DNA of 13,072 nucleotides from an uncultured archaeon (GTDB lineage: Archaea > Asgardarchaeota > Lokiarchaeia > Sigyniarchaeales > SOKP01), in contig CAZGJX010000107.1 in NCBI GenBank assembly GCA_964525635.1, positions 1 through 13,072 on the forward strand, given 5' to 3'. This document shows positions 7,788 to 13,072 of the stretch, piece by piece. The notes below the pieces were generated by a model. That model saw only the letters and a program-made list of their open reading frames with translations, searched no databases and had not been told where the DNA came from. Made by a program: the position numbers and the translations under genes. The first letter of the stretch is position 1. Each line of letters opens with the position of its first letter.

Positions 7788-9563
7788 CTAATCTTCTAAA
7801 AAATCCATATATTTCTTTACCAAGTTATCTTTTTTAGATTTCTCAGAAATAGTTTCCTCAATTTGAACTTTTTGAATCTTATCTTTATAATCACTTTTAT
7901 CATCATTCTTAATATTTTTCTTTATAGCTTTTTCCTCCTTTAAGATAACTTCATTTAATGTATGAGTCTTTCCAAAGCATTCATAGAGAAATTGCTCCAT
8001 TTCTTCATTATTTAACTCCTGTGCTATAAGCTCTATATCAATCTCATCAAGATCTGCTTTTTTTTGATTTATAACCGATTTTTGAGAACTATCTAGATTA
8101 TCGAGCTCCCTCTTATAGTTAAGATAATAATACACAAGCAATATTGAATATGATAAAACAATACCCAACCCCAATCCAATTATAATATGAGTGAAATCAA
8201 CAAGATATGGATATATTAGGTACAATAATACTCCCAGACTAAGAAAAGGGATTGAATATCTCTGTAGTGTATTTATAAGATTACTCTTGATTGTCTCTTT
8301 TGAAATTTTTGGTTTCTTCCCGCTTTCATATTTTCTAATTAATCTATGCTCCTTTTCAGTAAAATCTACGAAGTTAAGTAAATCTCTTTTTGATATAAAA
8401 TGAATATTAGTTGTTTTTTGATAAGGGTAAGGGATGATTTTTTCAATACACCGAGGTTGTTGTTGGCATAAATAAATGGGAGAGATAAATATCTTATACT
8501 CAGTCAATTCAGAATGAAAGTAGAGATCTGTATTAGTCCTAAATTCCACCTGAAAATCATTATTTAGATATTTTTTTATAAACTTGAATAGAGAGCCGTT
8601 ATTATATAAATTATTGTAACTGTTCTTTTGAGTATCATTTAACAAATGGACTTCATGTTGTTTATAAGCTAAATCCTCTTGATCTTTCTCTTTACCTTCA
8701 ATTATTACATTACTTTCGGAAATAATGAGTGAATGGTTAAAATCACAGATCCTGATAGGAAATAGAAGTATAATAGTCTCATATTTATTTATTTTAATTA
8801 ACTTTATTGGAAGAATATCATATCCCGCAATATCTTTAATAGATTTAATAATATAATACCCATTTTGAGTAAGCTGTTGGCAAATCTCTACAAATTCTCT
8901 ATTGGAAATTTGTTTTCCTTGATTTATTTGAATATTACTATTATATGTCACATTTTCTATACTGCTTTCATTTGTATCTATTTCCTGTTGTTTTATTGAA
9001 TATTTATTATTACTTCCATTAAGTTTATTGACTTCTTTTGGTATTACAAATTCTCCTAAATCTTTAATAGTTGAGTTATTATTATTTTGAGATTTTTCAT
9101 TTTCTTCATTAAATTCAATATTTTTAGCCTCTCTTACATTTTTCATAATTTCTTTCGCTAAATCTACATATTTCTGAGCATTATTAATACTAATACCTTT
9201 TACTTCAGATAATTTATCAAGATCTGCATTAGCTAGATCCTTAATTGAACTATATCCCGCATCAAATAGTTTTTCTGCTATTGAACTTCCAATACCTTTT
9301 ATCTTAAGGAATTCTGAGGAATTAGGGTAAATTTGATTGTCTATATTCTGGATTTTTTCTATATCACTTAAAATTTTTTCAAATTCCTTGATATATATTG
9401 ATTTACTGAATTTTTTAGCAATTTTGAGACCTTTATTTGCCAAACTTATTGTTTGTTCATAATCAGAACTGTCAAGGGTTTGCTTTGTCATTTTTAGGCA
9501 AAAATCTAAATCCCATTCATCTTCAAGAATACTATTAGAGATACCTCCAATTACTTTTGTCAT
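7788..9563 (-). CDS. Membrane-anchored helix-hairpin-helix (HhH)2 DNA-binding protein (~591 aa) with a possible degenerate PD-(D/E)xK-like domain
   Basis: Tandem HhH FLKIKGIGSSIAEKLFDAGYSSIKDLANADLDKLSEVKGISINNAQKYV (~9150-9311), of RadA-N/HHH_5 type; N/E/K-rich linker; two TM helices at ~8120-8258. Start set at ATG 9563 (MTKV), 26 bp from the shared motif; the ORF-track extension to 9683 begins inside the MITE. Confidence 0.85.
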   Translation of the reverse strand: MTKVIGGISNSILEDEWDLDFCLKMTKQTLDSSDYEQTISLANKGLKIAKKFSKSIYIKEFEKILSDIEKIQNIDNQIYPNSSEFLKIKGIGSSIAEKLFDAGYSSIKDLANADLDKLSEVKGISINNAQKYVDLAKEIMKNVREAKNIEFNEENEKSQNNNNSTIKDLGEFVIPKEVNKLNGSNNKYSIKQQEIDTNESSIENVTYNSNIQINQGKQISNREFVEICQQLTQNGYYIIKSIKDIAGYDILPIKLIKINKYETIILLFPIRICDFNHSLIISESNVIIEGKEKDQEDLAYKQHEVHLLNDTQKNSYNNLYNNGSLFKFIKKYLNNDFQVEFRTNTDLYFHSELTEYKIFISPIYLCQQQPRCIEKIIPYPYQKTTNIHFISKRDLLNFVDFTEKEHRLIRKYESGKKPKISKETIKSNLINTLQRYSIPFLSLGVLLYLIYPYLVDFTHIIIGLGLGIVLSYSILLVYYYLNYKRELDNLDSSQKSVINQKKADLDEIDIELIAQELNNEEMEQFLYECFGKTHTLNEVILKEEKAIKKNIKNDDKSDYKDKIQKVQIEETISEKSKKDNLVKKYMDFLED

Positions 9564-9588
9564 AGTCGAACTATAATTTAATATGGAT

Positions 9589-9604
9589 CTATTTAAAGAA
9601 AAAA
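9589..9604 (-). promoter_or_regulatory. Shared promoter motif copy 2: TTTTTTCTTTAAATAG
   Basis: Plus strand ctatttaaagaaaaaa; ends 26 bp before ATG 9563. Confidence 0.75.
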
Positions 9605-9671
9605 TCCAGAGTAATGATATCTTTTTACTGTAAAAATCATGACTTCTAAATGAAAAATTCAATCTCTTTTT

Positions 9672-9790
9672 GGGTAGGTACAAATGTTAGTGATAAAAAT
9701 GCATAAATTGATTTATTTTAGAATATTTCTCCTAAAATTATAATTTAATAAAAGAATATATTCTTCCATCACTGAATTTTGTACGCACCC
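9672..9790. mobile_element. MITE copy 2 (119 bp) with a perfect 8-bp target-site duplication CTCTTTTT
   Basis: Identical to 5863-5981 and in the same orientation; CTCTTTTT at 9664-9671 and 9791-9798. Confidence 0.93.
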
Positions 9791-9794
9791 CTCT

Positions 9795-9810
9795 TTTTTT
9801 CTTTAAATAG
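9795..9810 (+). promoter_or_regulatory. Shared promoter motif copy 3: TTTTTTCTTTAAATAG, upstream of the helicase
   Basis: Identical 16-mer; ends 24 bp before ATG 9834. Confidence 0.75.
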
Positions 9811-9833
9811 AGAGCGATGATAGATTATTTTAT

Positions 9834-9860
9834 ATGATAATAACGAAAGTGATCGAATAA
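9834..9860 (+). other. Candidate leaderless 8-codon uORF (MIITKVIE*) whose TAA overlaps an in-frame ATA of the helicase
   Basis: The ATG has the same 24-bp spacing from the motif as the operon start; ATAA overlap at 9857-9860; SD-like GTGATC at 9849-9854. Confidence 0.35.
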
Positions 9861-12403
9861 TTACAATATACGATTTTTCCGAGCAAAAGAATGGAGAAAA
9901 AATAGAGGAGCATAAAGACAAGGAAATTTTTAAACTTATAACAGATGAGCGTATTCTACGAGTTTTATTTGAATCCAAAATTTTTGAACTTAGAGATATT
10001 CAAAAAGAAGCTATAATAAAGGGATTATTTTTTAGGACTTCTTTTTTAGTATGCGCTCCTTCAGGAAGTGGAAAAACTTTAATTGGTGAGATTTCTGCTG
10101 TTCATAATACTTTTCATGGATTTGGTAAAGCAATCTATCTTGTTCCATTTAAAGCACTCGCAACAGAGAAATATATCCATTTGAAAAAGAGTTATTCCAG
10201 ATTTGGGCTAAATATTGAATTATCAATTGGGGATTTTGATATAGATGATTCTAAACTAAAAAAAGCAGATATTATTATCTCGACCTATGAGAAAATGGAT
10301 TCTCTAATTAGAAATTTTTATGATAAGAAATGGATTTTCAAAATATCAACGATTATTATTGATGAAATTCATATCATTGGAGAAGAATCTAGAGGACCAA
10401 GGCTAGAATCTCTAATAGTGAGGATAAATAAATTTTTACATAATCCTCAAATTATTGGACTTTCAGCAACTATTGCAAATCCTGAGTTCTTTAATTCTTG
10501 GCTAAATTCTCTGGGAAATAAAACTATACTTATAAAATCAGATTTACGACCAGTTCCCTTACATTATCATATTGAAGTTAGTCAAAATAAGGATTCTACT
10601 ATTAAGCGCATTGTTAATAAAGTTCTTAAGAAAAAAGGGCAGGTTTTAATTTTCTTAAATAGAAGAAGAGCTACGTTGGATACAGCTATATTAATTAAAA
10701 ATATTGTAAAAAATCTTTTAGAGGAGAATGAAAAAAAAAAGATATGGAGAATTGAAAAGAGACTAAAGAAAATAAGAGGAGGGCACCATGATTTACAGAA
10801 AATAATAAAAAATGGTGTCGCATTCCATCATGCAGGATTATTACCGAAAGAAAGAAAACTTATAGAAGATTATTATAGGAAAAGAGTTATTAAAGTCATT
10901 TGTTGCACGACCACTCTTTCAGCGGGAGTGAATACACCCGCAAGATTAGTTATATTAAAAGATTTTAAGAAATTTACAACCACCGCAGAAAACATAAAGA
11001 ATTATAGTGGATTTCATGAAAATGGAGATGGATTTTCCTATTTTAAACCATTTTCTTCAAACGAGGTGTTTCAAATGCTTGGAAGAGCAGGACGACCTGG
11101 ACTTGATTCAATTGGTCATGGGATTATATTAGTAAATAATTTTGAAGAAAAATCTTGGATTGAAGACCATTATTTTACTTGCGATTATGAGCATCAACTC
11201 TTGCTCCCTAAATATGGGAATCTCGGTTCAGGTTTAAACACCATTAATACCCTTAAAGAGCAAGTCTTACTTCGAGTATATGAAGAAGTGAATATAACAT
11301 TTTTACAATTAAAGGAGTTTTTTGAGAAGACGTATTTTTGGTTTATTATGAAAAATCAAATGAAACAAATTCAAATACCAATTGATCAACTTCTAATGAT
11401 AAAAGAAATTAGCCCGTCAAATATTTTGAAATTACATTCTAACTCACACAGAATTGAGCAAATTAAAAGGAAACAATCGGAAATTAAAATAACAAAACTA
11501 AATTCAGGGAACATATCGGGATATGTCAAAACTGATTTTGGGGTGTTTTTCACTGAATTTGATATAGATAATGGGATTAAATGCTCTTGTGGGTTTGAAA
11601 ATGGTCTATCAGATAACTTTGCTGAGCAGAAATTTACATTTGAATTTTGCGACCATATTACAGAGTTCTTGATATATTTACTCGAATTTTCTGATAAAAA
11701 CATTAAAAAACATATCAATAATATTATTCCAAAGTCTATAAAGAATCAATACATTCTCAGTTATTTATTTGAAAAGGGACTTTTATTATCAAATCAAGAG
11801 AATTTGATAAAATGCTCTCAATTTGGGAAACTTATCATTCGACTCTATTTATATCCCGCTTCAGGAGTACTCATCCGTAATAAATTAGAAAAAAAAGAGA
11901 TAACTTCTTACAAAGATTTAATAAAAGGAGCATATGAAATTCTGATTGCTGAAAATCGAGTAAAAAATCATAAAATGTTAGAACCTATTTTAGAATGGAC
12001 TGATGAGGAACCTATCGATAGCATTTTAGAACGACATAATGTTATGGCAGGAGACTTATATTCTCTTAAAGACAATATTGAGCGAATAATAACGTTTATC
12101 GGGATTATTGCTATTCACTTAAGTTCTTCAGGGCAAGATATTCGGGATAATATGATTTTGATTGGTGAAATGTCAGAAACATTAAGGATACGTATTCATT
12201 ATGGAATTAGAGAAGAGTTATTTGATCTTGTTCTGAGATTAGAAAATGTTGCACGTATGCGAGCAAGAGTTCTTTATAATGCAGGATACCATACTGCTTC
12301 TCAAATTACGAATATAAATCCCTATTTATTACATAGAAAGACAGGATTAGGAGTAAATTTATGTAAGAAGATTGTTAAATCTTTAAATATTAAATCTAAA
12401 TAA
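9857..12403 (+). CDS. Hel308/Ski2-like SF2 (DExH) helicase with a SWIM Zn-finger insertion and C-terminal HhH domain; start codon uncertain (frame open from 9824)
   Basis: In frame upstream of the ORF-track start are the Q-motif LRDIQKEAI, Walker A APSGSGKT (~10055-10078) and motif Ia VPFKALATEK. Downstream: DEIH, GLSAT, GVAFHHAGL, TTTLSAGVNTPA, QMLGRAGRPG, CSC-x19-CDH and RMRARVLYNAGY (Hel308 RAR motif). Confidence 0.92.
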   Translation: MITIYDFSEQKNGEKIEEHKDKEIFKLITDERILRVLFESKIFELRDIQKEAIIKGLFFRTSFLVCAPSGSGKTLIGEISAVHNTFHGFGKAIYLVPFKALATEKYIHLKKSYSRFGLNIELSIGDFDIDDSKLKKADIIISTYEKMDSLIRNFYDKKWIFKISTIIIDEIHIIGEESRGPRLESLIVRINKFLHNPQIIGLSATIANPEFFNSWLNSLGNKTILIKSDLRPVPLHYHIEVSQNKDSTIKRIVNKVLKKKGQVLIFLNRRRATLDTAILIKNIVKNLLEENEKKKIWRIEKRLKKIRGGHHDLQKIIKNGVAFHHAGLLPKERKLIEDYYRKRVIKVICCTTTLSAGVNTPARLVILKDFKKFTTTAENIKNYSGFHENGDGFSYFKPFSSNEVFQMLGRAGRPGLDSIGHGIILVNNFEEKSWIEDHYFTCDYEHQLLLPKYGNLGSGLNTINTLKEQVLLRVYEEVNITFLQLKEFFEKTYFWFIMKNQMKQIQIPIDQLLMIKEISPSNILKLHSNSHRIEQIKRKQSEIKITKLNSGNISGYVKTDFGVFFTEFDIDNGIKCSCGFENGLSDNFAEQKFTFEFCDHITEFLIYLLEFSDKNIKKHINNIIPKSIKNQYILSYLFEKGLLLSNQENLIKCSQFGKLIIRLYLYPASGVLIRNKLEKKEITSYKDLIKGAYEILIAENRVKNHKMLEPILEWTDEEPIDSILERHNVMAGDLYSLKDNIERIITFIGIIAIHLSSSGQDIRDNMILIGEMSETLRIRIHYGIREELFDLVLRLENVARMRARVLYNAGYHTASQITNINPYLLHRKTGLGVNLCKKIVKSLNIKSK

Positions 12404-12508
12404 GCGGGGATTATACATAAAATTTAATAACTATTCAAAAAGAAAAAAGATTTTTTTTATTATATTGCTTAGGAGCATAGCATGATATTTGAAATATATC
12501 TATAAGTC

Positions 12509-13039
12509 TTATCCTGTATCCTTTAATCTCCAATTTATTATAACACCCCTTTCTTTTAACTTCTTTATCCTTTTTTTATTTTCTTCTCCTATAGTTGCCT
12601 CATTAGTAATCCCTATCTGTTCCAAATATGGTAAATCTAAAATAAACTGTGGAATAAATGCTATAGAATTTGTAGTAAAATCTAAATCTTTTATAGATTT
12701 AAGATTTTCTATTGAGTTTGGTAAAATAACAAATTTATTATCATTTATTGATAAAGATTCCAATGATCTTAATTTAGCAATTGATTTAGGTAATAATTTT
12801 AAGTAATTAAAGGATAAATCTAGATATTTCAATGAAAGTAGATTTCCAATCTGTCCAGGTAGTTCTATTATTTTATTATAGCCTAAATTTAATTTTTCTA
12901 GTTTAGTTAGTTTAACTATAGTCTCCGGGAGATATATTATTCTATTATTTTGTAAATCTAACTTTTCTAATAATCTAAGGTTTCCTATTGATTTAGGAAG
13001 ATTTCTTATTTTATTTTTATTTATTTATAACGAATTAAG
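12509..13039 (-). pseudogene. Leucine-rich repeat protein (six 23-aa LRRs), apparently truncated or interrupted
   Basis: The frame is open from 13024 to 12509 with repeats such as LEKLDLQNNRIIYLPETIVKLTK and LKYLDLSFNYLKLLPKSIAKLRS. TAA at 13025-13027 falls inside an LRR consensus (LNSL*INKNKIRNLP). There is no ATG/GTG/TTG before 12832. Confidence 0.65.
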
Positions 13040-13072
13040 TGTTTTCTGATACTTATTCCTTTTTTTATAATC

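Noticed and set aside
8191-8403. 70-aa + strand ORF
   Set aside because: Antisense shadow of the HhH gene.
9564-9683. 40-aa N-terminal extension of the HhH protein in the ORF track
   Set aside because: It starts inside the MITE and reads through the promoter motif; ATG 9563 fits the promoter spacing.
5863-9790. Composite transposon formed by the two MITE copies carrying the beta-propeller and HhH genes
   Set aside because: The outer flanks (AAAAATCT / CTCTTTTT) are not a duplication, while copy 2 has its own perfect TSD, indicating an independent insertion. There is no transposase in the window.
9543-9860. Resemblance between the uORF MIITKVIE and the divergent gene start MTKVIGG
   Set aside because: Only four residues match and the codons differ; not distinguishable from chance in AT-rich DNA.
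9769-9978. 69-aa - strand ORF
   Set aside because: Antisense to the helicase N-terminal frame, and ends inside the MITE.
11386-11718. 110-aa - strand ORF
   Set aside because: Antisense shadow of the helicase SWIM region.
12489-12806. 105-aa + strand ORF
   Set aside because: Antisense shadow of the LRR frame.
1-13072. tRNA/rRNA genes or an integrase attachment site
   Set aside because: No GC-rich structured RNA segment, and no integrase or recombinase ORF, is visible.

Overview
Very AT-rich archaeal-type DNA. The Hel308/Ski2-family helicase, TATA-box promoters, 23-aa LRRs and an IPGF-like C-terminal sorting tail suggest an Asgard/Lokiarchaeia-like genome (inference). From left to right: (i) a tightly coupled 4-gene minus-strand operon encoding a 4-TM protein, a C-terminally anchored 2-TM protein, a ~1254-aa membrane protein with a duplicated N-terminal module and a HerA/VirB4-type domain whose Walker A and B motifs are degenerate, and a small helical protein; (ii) a secreted 8-bladed beta-propeller surface protein; (iii) a membrane-anchored helix-hairpin-helix protein divergent from (iv) a Hel308-like SF2 helicase with a SWIM Zn-finger insertion and no canonical start codon; (v) a broken LRR gene. 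The strongest non-coding signals are an identical 16-bp promoter motif (TTTTTTCTTTAAATAG) 24-26 bp upstream of an ATG in the three units i, iii and iv, and two identical 119-bp MITE copies, each inserted exactly 20 bp from the 3' end of that motif. Together these suggest a co-regulated, membrane-associated DNA-handling (uptake/repair-like) system whose promoters are targeted by a MITE.
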